Positions 26,395 to 39,690 of a stretch of DNA of 64,000 nt are shown here, one piece after another. Position 1 is the stretch's first letter, and every line of letters starts with the position of its first letter. The position numbers and the translations under genes were made by a program. Origin of the DNA: Mobula hypostoma. Lineage: Eukaryota. The stretch lies in the NCBI RefSeq assembly GCF_963921235.1, contig NC_086108.1:38566001-38630000 (forward strand), read 5' to 3'. A model generated the notes under the pieces. It saw only the letters and a list, made by a program, of their open reading frames with translations, ran no database searches and had not been told where the DNA came from.

Positions 26395-29300
26395 GTGTAG
26401 ACCACAGCATTTTGGAGGGAGAGCAGCCAGATGTCTTGGTACAGATTGGTACCAATGACATAGGAAGGAAAACAAAGAAGCCCTGAAGAGAGATTTTAGA
26501 GATCTAGGCAGAAAGCTGAGAAGCAGAGCCTCCAGGGTGGTAATTTCTGGATTGCTACCTGTGCCACGCACCAGTAAGGGTATAAACAGGTAGATTTGGC
26601 AGATAAATGCATGGCTGAGAAGCTGGTGCGGAGGGAGAGCTTCAGGTTCTTGGATCAGTGGGATATCTTCTGGAGGAGGTATGACCTGTACAAAAGTGAT
26701 GGGTTGCACCTGAACCCAAGAGGGAGGGACCGATATTCTCACATGCAGGTTTGTTAGAGCTGTTGGGGAAGGTTTCAACTAAATTGGCAGGGAGGTGGGA
26801 GTTGGAGTGAAGGGATTCAGGCTAGGACAGATGGTAAAAAAGCAAAGCTAGTGTGCAGTCAGACAGTTAAGAAGGACAGACAGATGATAGGACAAAATTG
26901 CAGCCGGCAAGGTGAGTATTAGGAATGCAGAATCAAAAAAGGTACCAAATACAGTATTTAAAGTGTTATATCTCAATGCATGGAGTATAATTAATAAGGT
27001 GGATGATCTTGTTGCACTTTTACAGATTGTTGGGTATGATGCTGTGGCCATCACTGAAAGATGGTTGTAGTGAGAGCTAAACGCCCAAGGTTACCATTGT
27101 ATCAGATGGATAGGAAGGTAGGCAGAGGAGATGTGATGGCTCTGCTGGTAACGAATGGCAACAAATCATTAGAAAGATGTGAGATGGGATCAGAAGATGT
27201 TGAATCCTGTGGGTTGAGTTAAGAAACTGCAAGGGTAAAAGGACCCTGATGGCAGTTATATACAGGCCTCCAAACAGTAGCTGGGATGTGGACCACAGAT
27301 TACAATGGGAAATAGAAAAGGCATGTCAAAAGGGCAATGTTATGATAGTCATGGGAGATTTTAACATTCAGGTAGATTGGGAAAATTAGGTTGGTAATAG
27401 ATCTCAAGAGACTGAATTTGTTGAATGCCTACAAGGTGGTTTTTTAAAGCAGTTTGTTTTTGAGCCTAGTAGGGGATCAGCTATACTGAGTTGGGTGTTA
27501 TGTAATGAACTGGAGACGACTAGGGAGCTTAAGGTAAAGGAACCGTTAGGAATCAGTGATCGCAAAATGATTGAGTTCAACTTGAAATTTGATAGGGCAA
27601 AAGTAAAACCTAACATAGCAGTATTTCAGTGGAGTGAAGTAAATTACAATGGTGTGAGAGAGGAGTTGGTCAAAATAAATTGGAAGGAGATGCTGGCAAG
27701 AAAGGCAGCACAGCAGCAATGGTGTGAGTTTCTGGGAAAAATAAGGAAGGTGCAGGATAGACGTATTCTGAAAACAAAGAAATACTTGCATTGGAAAATA
27801 ATATAACCATGGCTGACAAGGAAAGTCAAAGCTAATGTAAAAGCAAAAGAGAGGGCATACAGCAAAGCAAAAATTAGCAGGAATATAGATGATTGGGAAT
27901 CTTTTAAAACCCTACAGAAAAAACTTAACAGTTATTGGGGGGGGGGCATTAAATAGGAAAACAAACTAGCAAACAATATCAAGGTAAATAGAAAAAGCTT
28001 TTTCAAGTATATAAAAAATAAGAGAGATGAGAGTGGATATAAGACCGCTAGAAAGTAATGCCAGAGAAATAATAATGGTGGATTGAAATAATAATGAGTA
28101 TTATTAAATAACTAAATGAGTATTTTACATCAGTCTTCACTGTGGAAGACACTAGCAGTGAGCCAGGTGTTGAAGGGTGTAAAGGAAGAGAAATGATTAC
28201 AGTTACTATTACCAGGGAGAAGAAGCTCAAAAAGCTGAAAGACCTAAAAGTACATAAGTCCCCAGACCAAATGAACTGCAACCTAGGGATCTAAAAAAGG
28301 TAGTGGCATTAGTAATGATCTTGCAAGAATTATTAGACTTTGGCATGGTGCCAGAGGACTGGAAAATTGCAAATGTCACTTGACTCTTTAACAAAAGAGG
28401 CAGGCAGTAGAAATGAAATTATAGACCAGTTAGCCAGACTTCAGTGGATGGGAAGATGTTGAAGGCAATTGTTAAGGAGGAGGTTATGGACTCACTGGTG
28501 ACACAGGACAAGACAGCATGGTTCCCCTAGGGGAAAATTTTGTCTGATTAACTTGTTGGAATTCTTTGAGGAGATAACAAGTAGGATAGGGAAAGGGGAT
28601 GCAATAGATATTCTATATTTGAATTTTCAGAAGGCCTTTGGCAAGTTGCCACACATAAGGGTGCTTACTAAGTTAAGAGCCCATGGTATTACAGGAAAAT
28701 TACTAGCAAAGTTAGAGTATTGGCTGATTGGTAGGAGGCAGTGATCCTTTTCTGGTTGGCTGATAGTGACTAAATGTGTTCTGTTGGGGTTGGCGTTGGG
28801 ACCACTTCTTTTTATGTTGCATATCAATGATTTAGATGATGGAATAAATGGTTTTGTTGCCAAGTTTGCAGATTATATGAAGATTGGTGGAGGGGTTAGT
28901 AGTGTTGAGGAAACAAAAAGGCTGCTGTCGGACTTAGACAGATTAGGAGAATGGGCAAGAAAGTTGCAAATTAAATACAATGTTGGAAAATGCATTGTCA
29001 TGCAATTTGTTAGAAGAAATAAATGTCCAGACTGTTTTCTAAACGGGGAGAAAATCCAAAAATCTGAGACGCAGAGGGACTTGGGAGTCCTTGTGCAGAG
29101 CACCCTGAAGGTTAACCTGCAGATTGAGTCAGTGGTGAGGAAGACAAATGTAATGTTAGCATTCACTTAAAGAGGTCTAGAATACAAGAACAGGGATGTG
29201 ATGCTGAGACTTTATACGGCAGTGGTGAGGTCTCACCTTGAGTATTCTGAATAGTTTCGGGCTCCTCATCTAAGAGAAGTTGTGCTGGCATTGGAGAGGA

Positions 29301-29786
29301 TTCAGAGGTGGCCCACAAGGATGATTCTAGGGATGAAAGAGTTATCATTTGAGGAATGGCTCTGGGACTGTATTCACTGGAATTTAGAAAGATGAGAGGG
29401 GATCTCATTGAAACCCTTTGAATGTTGAAAGGCCTAGATAGAGTAGATGTGGAAAGGATGTTTCCCATGGTGGTGGAGTCTAGGACAAGAGGGCACAACC
29501 TCAGGATAGAGGAGCATCTATTTAATACAGAGATGCGGAGAAATTTCTTTAGCCAAAAGGTGGTGAATTTGTGGAATTTGTTACTACAGGCAGCTGTGAA
29601 GGCCACTTTGTTGGGTGTATGTAAGGTGGAGATAGATAGGTTCTTTATTGGTCACAGCATCAAAGGTTACAGGGAGAAAGTCGGGGAGTGGGGCTGAGTA
29701 GGGGAGAAATAGGATTGGCCATGATTGAATGGCGGAGCAGACTCAATGGGCCAAATGGCCCAATTCTGCTCCTATGTCTTATGGTA
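26395..29786 (+). mobile_element. CR1 LINE (ORF1 esterase-like part plus ORF2), degraded
   Basis: Esterase-like ORF1 sequence (VQIGTNDIG..DGLHLN), endonuclease, RT (YLNFQKAF, LGPLLFMLHINDLDDG..KFAD), RVVNLWN C-terminus and tail. Confidence 0.9.
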
Positions 29787-30131
29787 TTACAGTTCCCTGC
29801 TGAATATTTCCCACAGTTTCATATAAATGTCAGAATTGATTTCAGAAATGTTCAGTCTCTTTTTCCTATCTCCTGTCACTCATGGTGCAACCACCATGGA
29901 ATACTTGGTAAAAATCAGTTGTGCACTGAGGACCGCAGTCTGAATGGTTGATTACTGTCCTGATTTTAATATGCAGCAATTTTTAAATATGAACATTAAA
30001 TTAAAATACCCTTGTACCACACAAGTCACAGTTATTATCTTAAATGCTGTTGTTTGTTTTGTATTTTTGCATTCTCTTCTTTAATGCACAAATGATAAAT
30101 GATTTTTAGTATGTGTTTACATCAATAACAG

Positions 30132-30900
30132 ATGCAAGATGGGTTGTTACAAACTTCAAGAAATGACGACTGACTTCTCCCAAGTTATAAGGATTTGATT
30201 TCTGAATGAGGGTTATTAATAGGATAGATCCTTACACATCTATTAATTGTGAAGCAAAGTATGAATTATGCTGGAACATCTGGAGAATGTTTCTTGAAGA
30301 TTCATCTGATTTTAGGAAATATTAGAATTTTCAAACTTTACTTTCCTTTTATGGATTGCCTTAATTATTATTAATGGAAACAATCTTTTAAAAGATGAGA
30401 AAAGCTTAAATTAATCAAGTTACTTTTCAGACTTCCTTTCTCTATTGTCAGCTATATTGTGTAACAATAGAAAAGCATATTGTGTATTCATTTCTTTGTA
30501 TCAGGAATGGATAAACAGGCTCATTTAATATATGATGAAATTTTAATTATAATGCATGAAAATATTGTTGGCCATACCATTTATTGCAATACAATTAGTT
30601 CCCAATTTTATTAATATTTAATTAAATGTTTTATGCTGCTTCTGTTTTTCTGCAATTTGTTTTACTGTAATTTAATTTCTGTATGCCCTGGTTTTAGTGT
30701 AACTACAAATTAAGTGCATCTTAAAATTTAGCAATACTATATATGTCTGTTTTAATGAGAACTGTAATCACTCCAAGATTAGAGCCTTATATTTGGTAAT
30801 CTTTATCTTGTGGGTTGAAACTTTGAAAAAAAAAATCATTGTCCTTGTTTCAGCATGTTCTGATCATAAACATTATTAAAATTCCCTTGTGGCATACTTA
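30132..30900 (+). other. Candidate terminal (3' UTR) exon of the FH-like gene
   Basis: aacag| acceptor at 30131, then AT-rich non-repetitive sequence with ATTAAA near 30875. The acceptor is weak. Confidence 0.35.
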
Positions 30901-32309
30901 ATATACATAAACATTCCAATTAACAGAAACTTTGTTTAAAAGATTACAGATCAAACCACATATTTACAGTAAGTCTTTGTAGTATTGGAATGAGAAAATA
31001 CTGCCTTGGTGGAGAGATTTTGAGAGACAGTTTCATTAGTTTAGAGTAAGGGCCCTGGCTTTCAAATGCATGACAAGTGCTGAAAATAGGACTGGGCAAG
31101 TGGCCAGAATTAGCAATGTGCACAAATCATAGACGTCACATGTAACAGAAGGGAATAAAGAGTTTTAAAAATCAATCAAAGCTTTTTAAAACAGGTATGT
31201 CAACATCATCATCAGTCAGGTGATGGGTGAACTGGACTTGACACTATTTGGAAGGACAGCAAGTTTTTGTATAAGCTCGTGTTTAAGAAAGAATGAAGTA
31301 GGAGGTGAGCCTAGAGTTTGCTGAAATAGTCGAAAGTGCAATGTATGTTGCAAACAGCCTCAATTGAAAAGTATTTCATCATGCTTATCAGAAGTGATAA
31401 CCAGCAAATGATGACTTTTAAAAATGCAGAAGTGTGCTTCCTGGGGGAGAAAGAGAGTAAAAATAATCCAAGAGTGAAATACATTCATACTGTTACCTGG
31501 AGTGGATTCTTCCCTTCAGTGACTTGCAACTGAACACTCAGATCTATCAAAATGTGGCATTGAAGGCAACCCAGAAATGGTTTCAACCCAAAATGTCAGC
31601 TACATCTTTCCCTCCATAGATGCTACCTAATCCACTGAGATCCTTCAAATTATTGTGTTGACTCCAAATCTACAATTTTTCCTTCTCTGGAAACTAATAT
31701 CACAAATATCCAATTTTATTAGCAACAATTAAAATGTCCCAGTGAGCAAAAGTAATGGGGTGGGTCATTCATTGCTCTAAAATCATTGTCTCTAAGGCCA
31801 TATTGTTTCTTCCAGTATGGACCTGGGCTTTTGCTGCGGAGCTGGCTTCATCTACATTAGTGTGAATCAGTGAAGCACAATGCAACATGGGCCTTTCCCA
31901 ATGCATGTGACCAGCCATGCCTTCAGAAAGACTTTGATAGCCAGTTGCAATGTTACTGAAGTGATTATTTGCCTTTGCCTTCACAGACTGGAAGCATTAA
32001 AAATTCAGGATTATTTTGAAAATTTCAAAACAATTAAAAGCACCATCACACATGGAAAAAAGTAGGTAATATATTGTTTGATACTGATAGGAGGTTAAAA
32101 ATAAACATGAGATTTTCAAAATTAATTTTTACTATCCAGATTTCACTGGCAGGCCCAGCATTTATTGCTCGAGACACATTTGCTTTGAGAAAATGATGGT
32201 TGCCATCTTATTGGATCCTTCACTGCTTCTGGTGAAGGTTCTCCCACAGATCTCAATGAGTTAGACTAAGCAATAAAAAGAAGCCGGCATTATATTTCTC
32301 AGTCAGAAC

Positions 32310-32546
32310 TGTTATGTTTTGCAATTTCAAAACATTAAAATTAATTCAAATGGAGTCTGAAGATACAGGTGTAGTTCAAGTTTACTTTAAGCAAGGCATG
32401 TACCATGTGTTAGCATGATAATGTATTCAATTAACATATTTTCGCACATACACTTGTATTTAATTATTTAAACAAACAAGAATGCTTAATCAACCAATAT
32501 AGATGCAAAATTACTCAAATAGTATTCAGATATCAAATACATAACA
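32310..32546. mobile_element. Small solo-LTR-like element
   Basis: Starts TGTTATGT and ends ACATAACA (8-bp inverted termini, TG..CA). TSD is not clean. Confidence 0.5.
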
Positions 32547-32923
32547 AGAGTAGTGTGCAAATTGGAGGGAAACCTTCAAATTACGATCTTCCCATGTACC
32601 TACTGTTCTTGGTGGTGGAGGTCACATGTTTGCCGAGTGCTATGGGAGTTGCCTGGACTGCTTCGATTTTATGATTGGAACACACAGCAGAGCTGGTGCA
32701 CCTGCGGGTGAAGGAATGAACACAGGGTGGCAGATGGGTGCAAGTCAAGCAGGCTGTTTTGTGGTGGATGGAACTAAGCTCTTGAAGATTTGTTGATACT
32801 GCAAATCATCTAGGCGAGTGGAAAGTTTTCCCTTATATTCCATAAAGACTGTGGGGTTTCTGGAGCTGAATCAGTTGGTACAGAATAGCAAGTTTCTAAT
32901 CTGTTCTCATTGCCATATTATTT

Positions 32924-33692
32924 ATAGAAACATAGAAACATAGAAAATAGGTGCAGGAGTAGGCCATTTGGCCCTTCGAGCCTGCACCGCCATTTATTAT
33001 GATCATGGCTGATCATCCAACTCAGAACCCAGCCTTCCCTCCATACCCCCTGACCCCTGTAGCCACAAGGGCCATATCTAACTTCCTTTTAAACATAGCT
33101 AATGAACTGGCCTCAACAGTTTGCTGTGGCAGAGAATTCCACAGATTCACCACTCTCTGTGTGAAGAAGTTTTTCCTAACCTCGGTCCTAAAAGGCTTCC
33201 CCTCTATCCTCAAACTGTGACCCCTCGTTCTAGACCTCCCCAACATCGGGAACAATCTTCCCGCATCTAGCCTGTCCAATCTCTTTAGGATCTTATACGT
33301 TTCAATCAGATCCCCCCTCAATCTTCTAAATTCCAACGAGTACAAGCCCAGTTCATCCAGTCTTTCTTCATATGAAAGACCTGCCATCCCAGGAATCAAT
33401 CTGGTGAACCTTCTTTGTACTCCCTCTATGGCAAAGATGTCTTTCCTCAGATTAGGGGACCAAAACTGCACACAATACTCCAGGTGTGGTCCCACCAAGG
33501 CCTTGTACAACTGCAGTAGTACCTCCCTGCTCCTGTACTCGAATCCTCTCGCTATAAATGCCAGCATACCGTTCGCCTTTTTCACCGCCTGCTGTACCTG
33601 CATGCCCACTTTCAATGACTGGTGTATAATGACACCCAGGTCTCGTTGCACCTCCCCTTTTCCTAATCGGCCACCATTCAGATAATAATCTG
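32924..33692 (-). mobile_element. Young CR1 subfamily, 5'-truncated copy
   Basis: Intact 209-aa ORF2 C-terminus and (TTTCTATG)n tail. Near identical to the copies at 46968, 51903 and 59312. Confidence 0.95.
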
Positions 33693-33837
33693 CTAGCAGG
33701 TATGGATGATTGGACGACTCAGTTATGCTATGTCAAGAGTATATGGTTAGACTCTCTAGGGAGAGATGCTCATTACTTGGCTCTTCTGTGACACAAATCA
33801 TGAACCCAAGAAATTCCTCAGATGCTGTAAATCCAAC

Positions 33838-33988
33838 GCAACACACAAAAAATACTGAAGGAACTCAATAGGTCAGGCAGCATCTATGTTGACTGTCCTG
33901 AAGAAGGGTGTCAGTCCAAACATTGGCTATTCGTTTTCTTGGATGCTGCCTGACCTGCTGAGTTTCTCCAGCATTTTGTATGTGTTGC
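33838..33988. repeat. Fold-back Penelope-pLTR-derived mini element
   Basis: ~47-bp inverted arms (gcaacacac..ggcagcatc / gatgctgcc..gtgttgc) around a degenerate hammerhead-like core. Confidence 0.65.
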
Positions 33989-34561
33989 ACGTGTCTCAAA
34001 TATTACTTGCCACTAATCACATCAAGGTTAAATGTTGTCTGCGACTTGCTGTATGAACCACCTCACTTAGAGGGGAGTTGCTAGTGGAATTGATAACTGT
34101 GCAATCATCAATGAACATCTCAGTATGATGGCAAGAGCTAGCTGAAGATGGTTGGGCTTATTACCTTGACCAGCTTCTACAATGATGATCCAAAGCTTGG
34201 ATGGTCAATCTCACTCAACCACAACCAGTCTTGCTAATGGTAGGTTGGATTCCAATAGCTGGAGTTATTATACATTGATGTCAGTTCGCTTTTATAAGGC
34301 TGATTTGATGCCACATCCAGGTGAATAATACTTTGAAATCAAGGGCAGGAGGTCACTCCTCACCTCTGGAAATCAACTTCATGCTTAGCCCAAGGATGTG
34401 ACATGGTCTGGAACAGAGTTCTCCTGGTCCAACCCAAACTAGGCATGGTAAATTGGCAAGTTAACATTAATAACAGTTAATAGCACTGATGCTGGTAGTT
34501 TTCACAACTTCATTGATGATGATGAATAGGCTAAGTGAGTAGTAATTAGCCAGAATGATTT

Positions 34562-35420
34562 AGAACATAGAACAGTACAGCACAGTACAGCCCCTTCTGA
34601 GCTGTGCTGACCTTTTAACCTACTCCAAAATCAATCTAACCCTTCCTACCCACACAGTCCTCCAATTTTTCTTTCACCCATGTGCCTATGTAAGATTCTC
34701 TAAACTGTCCCAAATGTACTTGCCTCAACCACCACCTCCAGCAGTGCAATGCACCACTGCTCTGGAAAAAAAATTACCTTTGATATCCTTGCTTGACTTT
34801 CCACCAATCACCTTAAGAATTACATCCTTATCTTATTAGCCACTGCCAGCCGAGGAAAAATGCGCTGGATAGTCACTCTATCTATGCCTCATATCACCTT
34901 ACTCACCTCTATCAAGACTTCCCTCATCTTACTTCACTCCAAAGAGAAAAGCTCTAGCTCACTCGACCTTTCCTCATAAAACAAACTCTTTACTCCCGGC
35001 AGGATTCAGATAAATCTCCTCTGCGCTCTTGTTCCTCCCCAGCTTCCTCTTCCTCTCTATAATGAGACGGCTAGAACTGAGCACACTGCTCCAAGTGCGT
35101 CTAACCAGAGATTTATAAAGCTGCAACATTACCTCATGGATCTTGAACTCTGACTAATGAAGCCCAATGCACTGCATGCCTTCTTAACAGCCCTATCAAC
35201 TTACAGGGCAAATTCGAGGGATCTATGCACATGGACCCCAAGATCCCACTGTTTCTCCACACTGCTAATCCTGTAAGTAACGTTGTACACTTCCATTTTG
35301 TTCAACCTTCCGTAGTGTATCACTTCAAACTTTACTGGATTGAACTCTTTCTGCCACTTCTCAGCCCAGCTTCATATTCTGTCAATGTCAAATTTTAACC
35401 TACAACAGTCTTTTACACTA
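34562..35420 (-). mobile_element. Older CR1 LINE 3' fragment
   Basis: agaacatagaacagtacagcacag tail followed by degenerate ORF2 C-terminal sequence. Confidence 0.7.
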
Positions 35421-37342
35421 AGCAGATCTGTTCTGCTTTTTGTGAGCAGGTCACACCTGGGCAATTTTCCAGTTTTGGCTATATTCAGTGCTTTTAGCTA
35501 TTCCTTCATATCTTGTGAAGTAAATCAAGTTCACCAGTGATAGGCTTTTATGGTGATGATGATCACAGGAATAAACTTATTGTCTATCTGGACAGTGAAG
35601 AACAGGTTGATTTCTCCCAGCTGCCTCGTTCTTCAGCGTAGCTCAGAATTAATACAGAACATTATGGGCAAAATTAAATGTGCATTCAGAAATTCAATTA
35701 TTGAACAATTTTCTCTTTGAGTAACATGCAAACATCATTGCAAATATTGCAAAATTACTTCCAGCTTATCAAATAGTGCACAACTGGTCAAGTTCTGAGG
35801 AATTTACATTCATGAAACGATAATGAGTAATTATTCAGTAACTAATTGTATTAAACAAATTGAGAACTGTTACTGAACAAATATACTGTGGAATGCATTG
35901 CTTATTTTAGGATGTACTTAAGCGTGCTGGTCCTGGAACACACTTAGACCAGAGCAAGTTCCCTTTGCATGGACTGCCCTCCTTAAAGTTTTGCTTCAGT
36001 ATTCAGGAATTGCATTGAATTCAGTTGTATGGAAGTGAAGTGAACTGAAATTAGTTAATGACTGTCCTTATAAAATGCCAATTAAGAACCTGGAGAAAGC
36101 TGCTGCAGATGGGGTTTGGGGACAGGCTGGTGGAGGTCCAACATTGCCAACAAAATACTCATTAAGCATAATGGTCACATACACACTTTGTGTCAATTTA
36201 CCTCTCCCTCCCAAACCACCACCACCCAGCCCCCACAACCACCCTTAGGCAATCAAATCTCTCTACTTCTGTAGCTAGAAAGAATGGAAACAGACAGACT
36301 GCAGTGTGAACAACAAGCAGACATCGCTTGCTAGAGAGATGGAGCTGAAAGCGCTAAAGAGACAGCTGCATATCCAACATCAAATCACAGATCAGGACAA
36401 TTATCGTGGTGTGAAGTCTTCACTCCCCCACACTAAATGAGTATTTGCTGCAGAAGATATGATGGATAATCATGTATCAGGATGGTTCAGAAACAAAGGT
36501 ATAGAATCAAAGATTGAGAGATGTTTCATAAGATGTTCTGGTAGAGAAATTACAGTGGAGGAGGGAAGTTCTCCATCCTCAGGGCCAGGTCAAGGGTAGT
36601 TGAGGCTGTTACAGTCTTGTTCCCATTTCACACCTGCCCATGACTAACCACTCCTGTTGTCTCAGTGTCTATTATAAAGGTGGAGCACTCCCTTAGTCAC
36701 TACTATGAAGGCAGAAGGAAGACCACTTGTGTTGTTCAAAATATTTAATAATGTCGTGACTGCAGCAATTCCAGGAAGAAAACAAACTATTGTGATCAGC
36801 ATAACAACACACCCAACAACTGCTTGCTTCTGTTGAGTTGAGACTTAGAATGAACAATTTTTTAGAAAACCTCATGTAGCATTCGCACACGAAATACCGG
36901 TGCCAATTATAAATATGTAAGTTGTGAATGGACATTATTAAGCTCTTTAAAGAAACAGAACATGTGAACGTATAGACAATAATTAAGTGATAGTATGTCT
37001 TAAGTGAAGTGTTCAGAGAAGTTATTGTTTCTCAAAATATGTCATTCAATTTAATGACAGGAAGACATTGAGATGGCATGAAAGTTTAGCAAGTGTTAGC
37101 CAACTCCATAAAAGGAACTATTAAACGAATTCCCACATACAGTCATCGGATGTTGGTCTTTTATTTTATTTATATATTTTTATTTTTCTTTAATTGGATT
37201 TTTCAGATTTCTTGCTTTGTCCCTACCTATAAACAAACAAATCTCAAGGTTGCATAATTAATAAATTATTTGATAATAAATGCACTTTGAATCCTGAACC
37301 TTGAATCTTGTATGTAAATTTTACAATTTGGTTTTATGAACA

Positions 37343-38228
37343 TAGTTGCAAGAAAAGGTATGTGAACTCTTTGCAATTACCTGGTTTTCTGCATTAATTT
37401 TTCATAAAATGTGGTCTGATCTTCATCTAAGTCACAATAATAGACAAACTGTACAATCTGCCTAAACTAGTAACACACAAAGAATTGTACTTCTCACGTC
37501 TTTGTTGAATACATTGTTTAATTGTTCACAGTCCAGGCTGGAAAAAGTATGTGAACCCATGTACTTAATAACTGGTAGAACCTCCTTTAGCAACAGTAAC
37601 CTCCACCAAATGTTTCCTGTAGCTGCTGATCAGACTTGCACAACAGTGAGGAGGAATTTTAGACCATTCCTCTGTACAAAACTGTTTCAGTTCATCAGTA
37701 TTTCTGGAATACTTCACATGAACAGCCCTCTTCAGGTCATGCCACAGCATCTCAATTGAGTTAAGGTCTGGGTTCTGACTTGGCCATTCCAAAACATGAA
37801 TTGTCTTCTTTTTAAACCATTCTGTTTTTGATTTACTCTGTGTTTCAATTCATTATCTTGTTGCATCATCCAACTTCTATTAAGCTTCAGATGATGGACC
37901 ACCACCCTGACATTCTCTGGTAAAATGTCTTGATACAATTTTTTATTCATTGTTCCCTCAATGATTGCAAGCAGATCAGACCCTGAGATAGCAAAGCAGC
38001 CCCAAACTATGATGCTCTTTCCACCATGCTTCACAGTTGGAATGAGGTGCCCGTTTTCCTCCAAACGGTGGTCTGCATTTCTGCTAGAATGTTCAATATT
38101 TGTTTCATCCATCCACAGAGCATTGTTCCAGAGTGTTGTGGAAAAAGCAGGCGGTATTTTGCAGATTTGAGAAGTACAGCAAAGTTTTTTTGGAGATCAG
38201 TGTTTTCCTCTATGGTGTCCTTCCATGA
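37343..38228 (-). mobile_element. Tc1 DNA transposon remnant (IR/DR type)
   Basis: PTVKHGGKSIIVWGCF, WMMQQDNELKH, MEWPSQNPDLNSIEMLW (DD34E motifs). The aaaa(g)gtatgtgaac direct repeat occurs at ~37353 and ~37542. Confidence 0.9.
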
Positions 38229-38905
38229 AGGTGGAATCTCATGTGGATAGGGTGGTGAAGAAAGCTTTTGGTATGCTGGCCGTTATAAATCAGAGCATTG
38301 AGTATAGAAGTTGGGATGTAATGTTAAAATTGTACAAGGCATTGGTAAGGCCAAATTTGGAGTATTGTGTATAGTTCTGGTCACCGAATTATAGGAAAGA
38401 TGTCAACAAAATAGAGGGAGTACAGAGAAGGTTTACTAGAATGTTACCTGGGTTTCATCACCTGAGTTACAGAGAAAGGTCGAACAAGTTAGGTCTTTAT
38501 TCTTTGGAGCGTAGAAGGTTGAGGGGGGACTTGATAGAGGTATTTAAAATTATGAGGGGGATAGATAGAGTTGACGTGGATAGGGTTTTTCCATTGAGAG
38601 TGGGGGAGATTCAAACAAGAGGACATGAGTTGAGAGTTAAAGGGCAAAAGTTTAGAGGTAACACGAGGGGGAACTTCTTTACTCAGAGAGTGGAGGCTGT
38701 ATGGAACAAGCTTCCAGTAGAAGTGATAGAGGCAAGTTTGATATTGTAATTTAAAGAAAAATTGGATAGGTATATGGACAGGAAAGGAATTGAGGGTTAT
38801 GGGCTGAGTGCAGGTCAGTGGGACTAGGTGAGAGTAAGCGTTCAGCATGGACTAGAAGGGCCGAGATGGCCTTTTACCGTGCTGTAATTGTTATATAGTT
38901 ATATA
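38227..38905 (+). mobile_element. CR1 LINE 3' fragment abutting the Tc1
   Basis: GLYSLERRRLRGDLIEVFKIMRG..RGHELRV. Same subfamily as 56187-59040. Confidence 0.9.
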
Positions 38906-39690
38906 TGATGTTAAATTGAACAATTCAGCCCATCAGTCACAAATAAAAAGTACATTGTCATGCAAAGAAGCGGACTCAATTTTTTTGATATTAAAACAGC
39001 ATTTGGGGCATGCTCATGACCTTGTCCTCACCAGAAACATCTGTCCGTAAGAGCTTTGTAGAAGTGACCATTGCAATTTCCTTGTGAAAACAAATTTGAT
39101 GTTCACACTGAAACTATGTGGCTTCACATTCCTGTAAGTGGAATACACTCAGGATGGCTCCTGAAACCTAAAACTGAGGATCCATGATGTATTGTGCACA
39201 GTAAATGTGCACTATCATGTGGAGCTCCAATCTGATCAATTGGCTATAAGAACGTTCAGATCTGTTTATTCCTTTCAACGTGGTATGCAGTAAACCCTAC
39301 ATTTCATCAGGCTGAAACCTCAACCCTTGAGATATTTCTAGTGCTGCTCTGACAAGATCCTTCTGCAATCCACTTTGAATCAGGGTTGATCCCCTGACTT
39401 GGTGATTATAATGGTATTACTGTTATGCCAAGTAAAATGTTATAGGTTGTACATTTCTACTGCTGCTAATGGTCCTTAGTATGTCCAGAAAGCCAATCTG
39501 AGCATCCAGATCTGTTCTCAGTCTTTCCCATTCAACATGATTTTTGGGGGGGCATCACGTGATGACGTGGGATTGAGACGTGTAAATCCAGCTCTCCCGC
39601 AACAAATCAGTAAAGTACCGTTTAAACAAAACAAAGTTAATAAATATTTTCTGAAAACTATTTATAAACTTTGTAAGACTACTTTATGAT

